The notes beneath the pieces are model-generated. The model was not told the DNA's origin, made no database searches, and saw only the letters and a program-made list of their open reading frames with translations. The translations under genes were made by a program, and so were the position numbers. Source: Acidimicrobiia bacterium (GTDB taxonomy: Bacteria; Actinomycetota; Acidimicrobiia; Spongiisociales; SHLN01). From it: a stretch of DNA of 37,798 nt. The DNA lies in NCBI GenBank assembly GCA_041619515.1, contig JBFKDW010000022.1, positions 1 to 37,798 on the forward strand, in the 5' to 3' direction. Positions 11,959-21,283 of this stretch are shown piece by piece; position 1 is the first letter of the stretch; each line of letters opens with the position of its first letter.

Positions 11959-12348
11959 ATGAATGCACGCCACCGGAGCCGAGACCTTGCCGTCGTCCTC
12001 TCCACCTGGTTCGTGGTCGGAACCGGAGTTTGGTGGCTCTTCGACGACTGGCCGGGAAGTGTCTTGTTTCCGCTCGCCGGTTTCGTTTGGACGGCGGCGC
12101 CGTTGGCTTTCACCCGGTATCCAACCCGCCCCTTGCTCATCGTCTCCGGGGCGGCGCTGGCCGTCGCCATCTCCCTGCTGTTGTTGCTCGCCTGGTCGGC
12201 GGCCGTGTTGCTCGAGCTGCTGTTCGGTTTCAATCTCTTTCCCGCCGCCCTGGGCGAGGTGGCCAAGGTGGTCCCGGGCGTGGTAGCCGGGATCGTGACC
12301 GGCCTCTGGCGGCGTCGTACTCGCAGGATCGGCGTTCCAGTGGAGTAG
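11959..12348 (+). CDS. Hypothetical membrane protein (about 4 TM helices)
   Basis: Hydrophobic segments and an Arg-rich C-terminus; ends just upstream of ssnA. Confidence 0.6.
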   Translation: MNARHRSRDLAVVLSTWFVVGTGVWWLFDDWPGSVLFPLAGFVWTAAPLAFTRYPTRPLLIVSGAALAVAISLLLLLAWSAAVLLELLFGFNLFPAALGEVAKVVPGVVAGIVTGLWRRRTRRIGVPVE

Positions 12349-12379
12349 TTTGAGCGGTAGCCGCGAGCGGGAGGGACCG

Positions 12380-13402
12380 ATGAGCGCCGTTACTCCGGGC
12401 CTGGTATGTGCCCACCATCACCTCTACTCCGAGCTGGCGCGGGGAATGCCGCCGCCTCCCAAGGTGGCGACCAACTTTCAGGAGATCCTCGAACAAATAT
12501 GGTGGCGGCTCGATGCCGCCCTCGACCTCGAGATGATCCGGTGGTCGGCAATGCTGGGCGCCGTCGAGGCCCTCGAGTCGGGAACGACCGCCATCGTCGA
12601 CCATCACGAGTCGCCCAATGCCATCGAAGGCAGCCTCGATGTCATCGCCGAAGCGTGCGCCGAGGTCGGCGTCCGGGTCCTGACCGCCTACGGCATCACC
12701 GACCGCCATGGCGCAGACGGCGCCAAGCGAGGATTGGAGGAAAACGAGCGCTTCATCAAGGCGGGAGGCCCCGGATACGTCGGCATCCACGCCGCCTTCA
12801 CCTGCTCTGACGAGTCCTTGCACGCAGCCGCCGGCCTGGCGGACGACCTCGGGGTGGGAGTCCATATCCACGTCGCCGAGGGCATCGGCGACGTCGACGC
12901 CCCGAGCCGGCTGGCCGGCCTCACCCGCGACAACTGGCTGCTCAGCCATTGCGTCCACTTGCCCGACGATCACGGGTTGTCGGGCACCATCCTGCACAAC
13001 CCGCGCTCCAACCTCAACAACGGGGTCGGCTATGCCAGACCTGCCCGCTTCACCAACCCCGTCGCCCTCGGCACCGACGGCATCGGCGCCAACATGATCG
13101 AATCGTTCCGGCTTGCGTACGTCATGCAGCGCTCGGTAGACGTGACCGCCGGGCCCGATGCCGCCTGGTCATGGCTCGAAAACGGGTGGCGCATCATGCC
13201 GGAGGCCAGAGGCGACGAGGTGACCTGGTCGTACGAGCCGATGGATCCGTGGCACATCGCCTTCACACCGTCCATCCGGCCACTCGAGGTCAAGGTGAAT
13301 GACGAGGTCGTGTTCGCGAATGGCACCACCACCCGGGTGGACGCCGGCGAAGTGCGGGCCAAGGCGCGCGAGCAGGCCGCCCGGCTCCACGCCCGGCTGT
13401 GA
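12380..13402 (+). CDS. ssnA: SsnA-like metal-dependent amidohydrolase (short form)
   Basis: PGLVCAHHHLYS.LARGM, ILEQIWWRLD, GTTAIVDHH, HAAFT, HIHVAEG, HNPRSNLNNGVG and LGTDG motifs; directly upstream of ygfK. Confidence 0.85.
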   Translation: MSAVTPGLVCAHHHLYSELARGMPPPPKVATNFQEILEQIWWRLDAALDLEMIRWSAMLGAVEALESGTTAIVDHHESPNAIEGSLDVIAEACAEVGVRVLTAYGITDRHGADGAKRGLEENERFIKAGGPGYVGIHAAFTCSDESLHAAAGLADDLGVGVHIHVAEGIGDVDAPSRLAGLTRDNWLLSHCVHLPDDHGLSGTILHNPRSNLNNGVGYARPARFTNPVALGTDGIGANMIESFRLAYVMQRSVDVTAGPDAAWSWLENGWRIMPEARGDEVTWSYEPMDPWHIAFTPSIRPLEVKVNDEVVFANGTTTRVDAGEVRAKAREQAARLHARL

Positions 13403-13428
13403 CCATGGCACGAGAGAAATGAGGGACG

Positions 13429-16400
13429 ATGTCTGACCGGTTTCATTTGATCTCGATGGAGCAGCTCACCGACTGGGTGTTCGATGAGCTCGAGACCAAG
13501 GACGCCTTGTTCGGAATCCCGGCTTCGGCCTGGTTCGTCCCCAAGCCCGACGACAGATTCCGTATCGAGAAGTATGGGGTAGAGCTCGACACTCCCTTTG
13601 GGGTGGCCGCCGGCCCGCACTCGCAGATGGCACAGAACATCATCGTGTCCTGGCTGGTGGGAGCGCGCTTCCTCGAGCTGAAGACGGTTCAGACGCTCGA
13701 CGAGCTCGACGTCAACAAGCCGTGCATCGACATCCAGGACGAGGGCTACAACGTCGAGTGGTCCCAGGAGTTGAAGATCTACGAGTCGTTCGACGAGTAC
13801 CTGCGGGCCTGGGTGCTGATTCACGCTCTGCACCACAAGTTCGGCTTCCCGGGCGACCGGCCCGGGATGATCTTCAACATGAGCGTTGGCTACAACCTCG
13901 AGGGCATGCTCAAGCCGAACGTCCAGTGGTTCTTCGACACCATGAACGACGCCTCCGCCTATCTCCCGGCCTACGTCGACATCGTGGCCGGGCGATATCC
14001 CGACGTGCGCGACATCGAGATACCCGCCCGGCTGTCGGACACCATCACGCTGTCCACCATGCACGGCTGCCCTCCGGACGAGATCGAGCGGATCATGGTC
14101 TATCTCATCGAGGAGCGGCAGTTGCACGCCTCGGTCAAGCTCAACCCCACCCTGCTGGGGGCCGATCGGGTGCGCTCCATCGTCAACGACCAGCTGGGTT
14201 TTCACGACGTGCCGATCCCCGACGAGGCCTTCGGTCACGACCTCATGTACGTGGACGCAGTCCCGATGCTCCACAGCCTTCGCCGGGTGGCCCGGGCTCA
14301 GGACCGCACGTTCGGAGTGAAGCTCACCAACACGCTCGAGGTGAACAACTGGAAGACCGTCTTCGACCGCGACGACATGATGTACCTGTCGGGCCGCGCC
14401 CTGCACCCGGTCACCAGCAACCTCGGGCTGCGCATATCCGAGCAGTTCCATGGTGACCTGCTCATGTCCTTTGCCGGAGGAGCCGACTGCTTCAACGTCG
14501 CCGGGCTGGTCCGTTCCGGCATGAGGACCATCACCACCTGCAGCGACATCCTCAAGTCCGGCGGGTACCTTCGGATGCTCCAGTACGTCGAGAACCTGGC
14601 AGCCGAGATGGAGGAGGCCGGGGCGGCCGATGTCGAGGACTACATCGCCCGAACCGCGCTCGGTGAGGAAGGCTTCGGCGAGTTCGGGCCGATGCTGCAC
14701 CTGGCGGCACTCTCCGACAGCGGGCTGGCGCTGGGACGCGACGACTGCTCGGCCCTCGGGGCCGCCCTGGCTGCCGCCGACGGCCCGGCGCCCCTGATGG
14801 AGACGACGCGGGCATGGGCCCGGGACGCCGGCTTCGACGACGCCCGCATCGGCGAGCTGGTCACCGTCGTCATGAATGTGCTGGAACGGATCAACCTCCG
14901 GGCATACGCACAAGCCGTGCTCACCGACCGCCGGTACCTGAAGGCCACGTTCCGCATGGACCGATCCAAGACCCCGCGCACCCTCGACTACTACGACTGC
15001 ATCGAGGCGCCCTGCCTGGATGAGTGCCCGGTCGACCAGAAGGTGCCGCAGTACATGAACGCCGTGCGAGAAGGCGACTTCGTCGAGGCGGTCCGGCTGA
15101 CCCGCGAGGACAACCCCATGCCGGCCATTCTCGGGAAAGTGTGCGATCACCTGTGCGAGAACACGTGCATCCGCACCCACTACGACGAGCCGCTCGCCAT
15201 CCGCCAGATCAAACGGTTCATCATGGAGCAGGAAACCCAGCCGGTCCTGTTCACCCGCAAGCCCGATGTAGGCGCCAAGGTCGCCATCATCGGAGCCGGT
15301 CCGGCCGGGATCGCCGCTGCTCAGGAGCTTGCCTACGCCGGGTTCGCAGTCACCATCTTCGAGCACCACCCCTATCCCGGCGGCATGGTGGGTGGGGCCA
15401 TCCCGGAGTACCGGGTGCCGCAGAAAGACATCGACCAGGACATGGCGGTGCTCGACGAGCTCGGCGTCGAGATTCGGTACAACCAGAGCGCCGGCGTCGA
15501 CTTCACGCTCGAACAGCTCAGGGCAGATGGCTACGGCGCCATCGTCATTGCAGTCGGCGCCCAGCTCGCCAAGCGCCTCAACCTGCCCGGTGAAGACTCA
15601 GACGGGGTGATGGACGCCCTCTACTTCCTGCGCAATGTCCGGGAGGGCAATCCGCCCCCCATCGGCGCGCGGGTCGGAGTCATCGGTGCCGGCGACACCG
15701 CCATGGACTGCGTGCGCTCGGCATTGCGAGTGGGCGGTGAGGACGTCTCGCTGATCTACCGACGCACGATCGACCAGATGCCGGCCGACCGGGAAGAGAT
15801 CTACGGCTCCATCGAGGAGGGGGTCAACATCATGGAGCTGGTGCGTCCCGCCGCCCTCACCATCCAGGATGGCAGGCTGGCGGGCATTGTGCTTTCGCGC
15901 ACCGAATACCGGGGAGACCGCGACGCATCGGGACGCAAGATCCCCCACGACGTGCCTGATTCAGAGTTCGAAATCCCGCTCGACACGCTCATACTCGCCA
16001 TCAGCCAGCACGCCATACTCGACTTCTTCGGCGAGGAGGTGCCCGAGCTCACCGGCGGCGGATATTTGCAGACCGATCCGGAGACCTTCGAGACCTCCAT
16101 CCCCGGCGTGTTCGCCGGCGGTGACGTGGCCGTCCACGGCCCGTCCTCGATTGTCGTGGCGGCAGACGACGGCAAGAAGGTGGCGGCCGCCATCGCCGCC
16201 CGACACGGCGTGAGCACCGCCCGGGCCGACGAGCCGATGCACCGGGTGGACCTCCAGGAGATGATGGTCAAGCGATCCCGCCGCCAGTATCGAATCCAGG
16301 CCGAGCACACGCCGCTCGACCAGCGGGACAACTTCAACGAAACCGTCCTCACCTACACGCCGGACCAAGCGGTCGCCGAAGCTGCCAGGTGCCTCGACTG

Positions 16401-16998
16401 CCACGAGATCTGCAGCCTGTGTGTCGGTGTCTGCCCAAACATGGCCCTCATGACCTACGAGATGGAGCCGCAGCGCTTCTCGCTCCCGACCTTGACGGCC
16501 GCCGACGGTGGAGTCGTCGAGAGCGGCTCGCAATCGTACGGAGCCGATCAGATGTTCCAGATCGCCGTGCTCACCGACTTCTGCAACGAGTGCGGCAACT
16601 GCGAGACCGCCTGTCCGACCTCGGGCACCCCCTATGTCGACAAACCCCGCCTCTACCTGGACCGCGGCGACTTCGAGAACGAAACGGACAACGCCTTCAT
16701 GCTCTTCGACGACGGGAGGATCGAATCGCGCGTCGACGGGGAGACCCACCGCCTCGCCTTGAACGGGGCGGTCGAGTACACGGCGCCTCGCTTCTCGGCC
16801 ACCCTCGACATCGACACCCTGCAACTGGTGGAAGCGAGTCCGAACGGGGCAGCCGACGGCGAGGTACTGTCGCTCCAGCCGGCCGCCGACATGTTCATCC
16901 TGCTCAGAGGGCTGCAGGAATCCATGGGCCATCTCCCGGTGATGGCTGCCGACGGCTCCCGCGGGACCTTTGTGAGCCACCCCGGCTACGAGGAGTAG
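13429..16998 (+). CDS. ygfK: YgfK-family flavin/Fe-S oxidoreductase (annotated 'putative selenate reductase')
   Basis: GVAAGPHSQMAQNI, KPCID..DEGYNVEWSQEL, STMHGCPPDEIE, VKLNPTLLG and GVKLTNT N-terminal motifs; GltD-like FAD/NAD(P)H domain; C-terminal CxxCxxxCxxCxxxCP and CNECGNC...CP ferredoxin motifs. Confidence 0.92.
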   Translation: MSDRFHLISMEQLTDWVFDELETKDALFGIPASAWFVPKPDDRFRIEKYGVELDTPFGVAAGPHSQMAQNIIVSWLVGARFLELKTVQTLDELDVNKPCIDIQDEGYNVEWSQELKIYESFDEYLRAWVLIHALHHKFGFPGDRPGMIFNMSVGYNLEGMLKPNVQWFFDTMNDASAYLPAYVDIVAGRYPDVRDIEIPARLSDTITLSTMHGCPPDEIERIMVYLIEERQLHASVKLNPTLLGADRVRSIVNDQLGFHDVPIPDEAFGHDLMYVDAVPMLHSLRRVARAQDRTFGVKLTNTLEVNNWKTVFDRDDMMYLSGRALHPVTSNLGLRISEQFHGDLLMSFAGGADCFNVAGLVRSGMRTITTCSDILKSGGYLRMLQYVENLAAEMEEAGAADVEDYIARTALGEEGFGEFGPMLHLAALSDSGLALGRDDCSALGAALAAADGPAPLMETTRAWARDAGFDDARIGELVTVVMNVLERINLRAYAQAVLTDRRYLKATFRMDRSKTPRTLDYYDCIEAPCLDECPVDQKVPQYMNAVREGDFVEAVRLTREDNPMPAILGKVCDHLCENTCIRTHYDEPLAIRQIKRFIMEQETQPVLFTRKPDVGAKVAIIGAGPAGIAAAQELAYAGFAVTIFEHHPYPGGMVGGAIPEYRVPQKDIDQDMAVLDELGVEIRYNQSAGVDFTLEQLRADGYGAIVIAVGAQLAKRLNLPGEDSDGVMDALYFLRNVREGNPPPIGARVGVIGAGDTAMDCVRSALRVGGEDVSLIYRRTIDQMPADREEIYGSIEEGVNIMELVRPAALTIQDGRLAGIVLSRTEYRGDRDASGRKIPHDVPDSEFEIPLDTLILAISQHAILDFFGEEVPELTGGGYLQTDPETFETSIPGVFAGGDVAVHGPSSIVVAADDGKKVAAAIAARHGVSTARADEPMHRVDLQEMMVKRSRRQYRIQAEHTPLDQRDNFNETVLTYTPDQAVAEAARCLDCHEICSLCVGVCPNMALMTYEMEPQRFSLPTLTAADGGVVESGSQSYGADQMFQIAVLTDFCNECGNCETACPTSGTPYVDKPRLYLDRGDFENETDNAFMLFDDGRIESRVDGETHRLALNGAVEYTAPRFSATLDIDTLQLVEASPNGAADGEVLSLQPAADMFILLRGLQESMGHLPVMAADGSRGTFVSHPGYEE

Positions 16999-17012
16999 GG
17001 GTCGTTTGCTTT

Positions 17013-17033
17013 TTGTCCACAGGCTGTGGAAAA
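17013..17033. promoter_or_regulatory. Pair of oppositely oriented DnaA boxes
   Basis: TTGTCCACA-GGC-TGTGGAAAA. The first 9-mer is the actinobacterial consensus; the second is one mismatch on the opposite strand. Confidence 0.55.
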
Positions 17034-17091
17034 CTCCGGGTGCTGGCATGGTGACAAACGGGCGGTGTGATTACCCGAGGAGGGGGTGCTC

Positions 17092-17289
17092 ATGGCGCAA
17101 CAGACGAGGGGATCGTTTGGCACTCGTGGATCGAGGCATCAGACGCGACAGCGCCGGGAAGCAGCCCGGGTTCGGGGACCCGGCGAGGAGCGCCACCCGT
17201 ACCGGTGGTGCCCGCAGCGGGAAGTGACCATCCTGGTAGGGCCGGACTTCCTCTGCCCCGCCTGTGGAAAACTCACGACCTTCGTCTGA
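17092..17289 (+). CDS. Small basic hypothetical protein with degenerate zinc-ribbon-like C-terminus
   Basis: Strong SD GAGGAGG; Arg-rich N-terminus; WCPQRE...LCPACG. Confidence 0.5.
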   Translation: MAQQTRGSFGTRGSRHQTRQRREAARVRGPGEERHPYRWCPQREVTILVGPDFLCPACGKLTTFV

Positions 17290-17329
17290 TCGACAGCCTC
17301 GGGGAACTCAGACGCTTCGTGGGTCGCAG

Positions 17330-18967
17330 CTAGGCGACCGCGTCGTCGGAGTTCTCCCCCGCCGGACCGGCGCCGGACAGCGAGCCGGCGATCTCCTCGG
17401 CCGTCCGCAGGGTGGTGGCGGCAACCGTCATACCGGGATTGGCTGATCCGTACGACGGGAACACCGACGACCCGACGATCCACAGGTTGGAGACACCGTG
17501 CACGCGGCCGGTGGGGTCCACCACCCCTTCCGCCGGAGACTCGCTCATGCGGGTCGTTCCCATGAGGTGAAGGCCGCCGAACGGCTTGGTTCCCCACACT
17601 TCCCCCGGGTCGGTGAGCCACGGCTCCATCACCAGACGACCAAGCCCCATCGATTCCAGCTCGTCGGCCATGTGAGTCACGGTGCGTCTCAGGAGCTCCT
17701 TGTCGAGGGTGCCGATACGCCATTGCAGGTCGATGCGCGGCATTCCCAGCGCATCCGTGCGGTCGGTGAGCACCACGCGGCTATCCGGGTTGGGTGCGGT
17801 CTCGACCTGCACGTACAACTCGAGCTGGCGGGGACGCCTGAGAAGACGGCGATAGACGACGTTGACGACTTCGGGGATGTGGCGAAGCAGCTTTGGAATA
17901 CCTTTCAGGACCTTCTTGACGTTCTTGTGACGGACCTCGCGAAAGAACTCGAGGGCGACCCGGGGGGGATCAACGCTGGGAGGCCGCACATGGGCGATCA
18001 CATTCAGCAAACCCTCCCGGCGCCTGAGATCCTCATCGAGCAGGATGCCGGCGCGGATTCCCGCTTTCGGGCGCTCCATCTCGATGCGGGCGAGCGTGCC
18101 CCGCACCCCGCGATCGATGGCGTCGAAGCCCGGCCTGCCGGTGGCGGCCGGGCGGGAGAGTGGTATGCGCCCGGCGACAATGTGAGGATGCTCGGCAAAG
18201 AAGCGGCCCACCATTCCCTGGCCGTTTCCAACCCCCTCGGGGATCTGGCTGTTCGACGCCAGCAGCAGCCGGGGAGTACCGAGCGACCCGCACGCCAGCG
18301 CGTACTGGTCGGCTTCGACGGTGAAACGCTTCCCATCGGAGGTTGCGACGCTGATTCCCGCCACCGATTCGCCGTCGTCGCCCACAACGACTTCCATGGC
18401 GGTGGCACCGAGGTAGACGGTGAGGTTCTCGGAAGCCGCCAGGGGCTCGGTGTACACCTCCGAGATCGGAGCCAGCGGGCTCTCCTGCCACACACCGACT
18501 TCCAGCGAGGTGTTCTCCTGGATGTGGCGATAGAGGGGCGGCAGGCCGTCGGCCCACGCCGTTCCGGTGAATCCCCGGTCGGACATCCGCAGGAACTCCC
18601 TGGCTTTTTCGTAGTACGGCGCCATTTCGTCTGCGGTCACCGGCCATCCGCTCCAGGGCCATTCCCGAATCTCGAAATCGACCGCGTCGAATGGTCGGCA
18701 CCAGGCGCCCCAGAGGTCGGCGGCTCCCCCCAGCCGGCGCGGAGCGCCTTCGCTGAGGGGGAAGTAGGGATGGGCGGTGGACTCACCGTTTGCCAGGTCG
18801 TCGGCCTCGGCCGACTCTCCTATCGGGCCGCTCTCGAGCAGCACGACGCGGGTGGGCGTGTCGAGAAACGTCGAGGCGAGGGCGATTCCTGCCAGCCCGC
18901 CGCCGACAATGCAGAGGTCGGTGGCGACGGTCTCGCCGTCCATGAGGCCGGCAGCTTCGATCAGCAT
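17330..18967 (-). CDS. GMC-family FAD-dependent oxidoreductase
   Basis: DLCIVGGGLAG, RRLGG...WG, VGRFFAEHP, APNPDSRV, HLMGTTRM and GSSVFPSYGSANP motifs. Confidence 0.9.
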   Translation of the reverse strand: MLIEAAGLMDGETVATDLCIVGGGLAGIALASTFLDTPTRVVLLESGPIGESAEADDLANGESTAHPYFPLSEGAPRRLGGAADLWGAWCRPFDAVDFEIREWPWSGWPVTADEMAPYYEKAREFLRMSDRGFTGTAWADGLPPLYRHIQENTSLEVGVWQESPLAPISEVYTEPLAASENLTVYLGATAMEVVVGDDGESVAGISVATSDGKRFTVEADQYALACGSLGTPRLLLASNSQIPEGVGNGQGMVGRFFAEHPHIVAGRIPLSRPAATGRPGFDAIDRGVRGTLARIEMERPKAGIRAGILLDEDLRRREGLLNVIAHVRPPSVDPPRVALEFFREVRHKNVKKVLKGIPKLLRHIPEVVNVVYRRLLRRPRQLELYVQVETAPNPDSRVVLTDRTDALGMPRIDLQWRIGTLDKELLRRTVTHMADELESMGLGRLVMEPWLTDPGEVWGTKPFGGLHLMGTTRMSESPAEGVVDPTGRVHGVSNLWIVGSSVFPSYGSANPGMTVAATTLRTAEEIAGSLSGAGPAGENSDDAVA

Positions 18968-19214
18968 GGTGCCGCGCCCGGCAATGCAGTGGAATGGAGG
19001 AAAGAGCTCATAGCGACATCCGGTCTCGTCTGTGCGTTCATGTCCGATTCGGCCCCAGCATCGGGATGCTTGAGGAGATTAGCCGTCTCCGGAAACGCCC
19101 CGGACTCGAGCGCAGGTCGGGCCAGGGCAGGCCGGGAATCGACCGAGTTCTCGGGGCCTTCTGTGCCCACAAGCCCCGACGAGGCGTGCCGACGCGCTCG
19201 CCTAGCATCGCTGC

Positions 19215-19691
19215 ATGGAGAACATCTATGCCGGCGACTGGGACGAGGAGAACGATCGGGAAGGCTTTCGCTTCAAGGAGATTGCGTTGTTGCAGCGTCT
19301 GGGAGGAGAGCTGCTGGGCGGAACGATCTACCTGCTGCCACCCGGGCAGAAGAGCTTTCCCTATCACCTTCACTTCGCCAACGAGGAGCTGCTGGTGATG
19401 CTCGAAGGCGAGGTGGTCGTGCGAGCTCCGGATGGAGAGCACCAGCTGGGCCGGGGCGACACCAAGCTCTTCCCGCGGGGCAGGCAGGGCGCGCACCAGG
19501 TTGCCAACCGGTCAGAAACCGACGCCAGATACATCATGTTCTCCTCGCGCGTATCACCCGACATCGTCGAATACCCCGACTCGGGCAACATCGGGCTTCA
19601 TTCCCACCGAAAAGACGCAGGTGACGAGGCGAACCTGCGATTCACGATCCTGGACGGGAACGCCCGGCGGGACTACTACCACGGCGAATGA
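19215..19691 (+). CDS. Cupin domain protein
   Basis: PYHLHFANEE..VMLEG, FP.G..GAHQ.AN and DIVEYPDS motifs; TAGCAT -10 element 6 nt upstream (leaderless). Confidence 0.9.
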   Translation: MENIYAGDWDEENDREGFRFKEIALLQRLGGELLGGTIYLLPPGQKSFPYHLHFANEELLVMLEGEVVVRAPDGEHQLGRGDTKLFPRGRQGAHQVANRSETDARYIMFSSRVSPDIVEYPDSGNIGLHSHRKDAGDEANLRFTILDGNARRDYYHGE

Positions 19692-19848
19692 GCCGAAGAC
19701 GGGGCCGACCACCGCCCGGTCCGGTCCTTGCCCCCGGCGGCGCCGTAGCTGAGAATGCACGTGCCATGCCTCGCCCACCCCACCCCAAGACTGCAAGCGG
19801 CACCCGGCCGGGCCGGCGCTGCTCCCGGCGCCAGCCCCGGGGGAGGCA

Positions 19849-20544
19849 GTGATATCTAATGCTGCCGGTGAGCCGGTGGGCCGGGGCGATGAGCCGATCG
19901 ATCCCGGACCGTTGCCGCCGTTTGCCGCCTTCGCAGCCCACCGGCGGGCACAGGCTCACCGGTTCGAGGCCGCCGAATCGGCCCTCCTCACCCCCCGCAC
20001 CGTTGCGGGCCGCCGGGCGGCGTTTCGCTTCGGTCGCTCGGCCGCTCACGCGGCGCTGCAAGCGCTCGGGCGCGACGACGGGCCGATCCTGGCGGGTTCG
20101 CACCGGGAGCCCCTCTGGCCGTCCGGCGTCACCGGCTCGATCTCGCACACGAACGAACTGGGGGTGGCGCTGGTGGCACTGCTGGTGGACACGGACGGCG
20201 TCGGGATTGACATCGAGGCTCGTCGGCCGGCTCCCGAGCTGAACGATCAGGTACCGCGCGCCGAGGAGCGTTCGTGGCTGGATCGGGCGGCGCCCGAGTC
20301 GCGGGATGATCTCCTGCTGGCACTCTTTTCGGCGAAGGAGACCATCTTCAAGGCGTTCTATCCGCGGGTGGGGACGTTCTTCGGATTCGATGCCGCCGCA
20401 CTCCAGCCGGCCGCTGCCGGATTCGACGCCCGGCTGGTCACCGGGCTCGACCCCCAGTATCCGCCGGATCGAGGGTTCGAAATCCATTGCCGATGGTTCG
20501 GGGATCTGGTCCTCACCTGGCTGATCCTCCCCAGGACTCGATAG
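19849..20544 (+). CDS. 4'-phosphopantetheinyl transferase (EntD/Npt-like)
   Basis: RR..FRFGR.AA..AL, REPLWPSGVTGSISH, VGIDIE and FSAKETIFKA motifs; start position uncertain. Confidence 0.88.
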   Translation: MISNAAGEPVGRGDEPIDPGPLPPFAAFAAHRRAQAHRFEAAESALLTPRTVAGRRAAFRFGRSAAHAALQALGRDDGPILAGSHREPLWPSGVTGSISHTNELGVALVALLVDTDGVGIDIEARRPAPELNDQVPRAEERSWLDRAAPESRDDLLLALFSAKETIFKAFYPRVGTFFGFDAAALQPAAAGFDARLVTGLDPQYPPDRGFEIHCRWFGDLVLTWLILPRTR

Positions 20545-20557
20545 ACCGCCGCCCCGG

Positions 20558-21283
20558 TCACCCCGCTCGGTCCCGGCGGGGGATGATGGCCACCCGATCC
20601 ACCCCGGCGCCGGCCTCTACCAGCCGGCTCACCCGGGCGGCGGCGGGCCGGGAAGCCTCATCGACCTTGGTGAGCGCCACGACCACCCGGGCCGCGTCCG
20701 GCAACCCTTTGAGCCCTCCCGCCGGGTGCGTGAGGATGACGGCCGCCACCTCCGGGGTGATGATCTCGCGCTCGGCCAGCCCGGTCAGGCGACTGGCGGC
20801 GGCAGGACGGTGCGCGGCTTCGAAGATGGTGCGGCCGATGGCATCGATTCCCATTACCACCACGACGCAGGTGGCGGTGGCGGGCACAACAGGCTCGTGA
20901 TCGTCCGGCGCCTTGAGCGGCCTCCCCCGCGAGCCATCCGCCTCGACCAGGACGTAGCGGGCGCTGGTGTCGCCGAATAGCTCGTCGACGAGCTCCGGCT
21001 CGTATCCGACGGCTTTGTGCCCATCCTCACCGCTGAGCACGAAGACCGGCCCGGGCCGGTCGAGAGCGGACTCGATGTCGAAGGGATCGGCCGACCAGCA
21101 CACAACTGCGCCGTTTGTCTGCTCCAGCCCGACCTTCGTCGTGGTGGTGACGAGCACACCATGGCCCAGGGCGGCCAGCTGCCCGCTCAGCGCCAGCATG
21201 AGCGTCGTCTTGCCTCCGCCGCCGGTGAACGCCACCAGCTCGCGGGGCCCGATGCCGAGCGTGTCGACGAGGTCGAGGCTCAC
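20558..21283 (-). CDS. yqeC: Selenium cofactor biosynthesis protein YqeC
   Basis: GGGGKTT, VLVTTTTK and LVEADGSRGRPLKAPDDHEPVVP motifs; overlaps the yqeB stop. Confidence 0.9.
   Translation of the reverse strand: MSLDLVDTLGIGPRELVAFTGGGGKTTLMLALSGQLAALGHGVLVTTTTKVGLEQTNGAVVCWSADPFDIESALDRPGPVFVLSGEDGHKAVGYEPELVDELFGDTSARYVLVEADGSRGRPLKAPDDHEPVVPATATCVVVVMGIDAIGRTIFEAAHRPAAASRLTGLAEREIITPEVAAVILTHPAGGLKGLPDAARVVVALTKVDEASRPAAARVSRLVEAGAGVDRVAIIPRRDRAG

Noticed and set aside
13030..15369. Long antisense or overlapping ORFs (e.g. 13030-15369 -, 17498-19624 +, 23795-25864 +, 3604-5256 +, 8519-9862 -)
   Set aside because: Shadow frames of well-supported genes in high-GC DNA; no recognisable motifs.
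18961..19170. 69-aa ORF overlapping the GMC start
   Set aside because: No motif or convincing SD, and it lies in a divergent promoter region.
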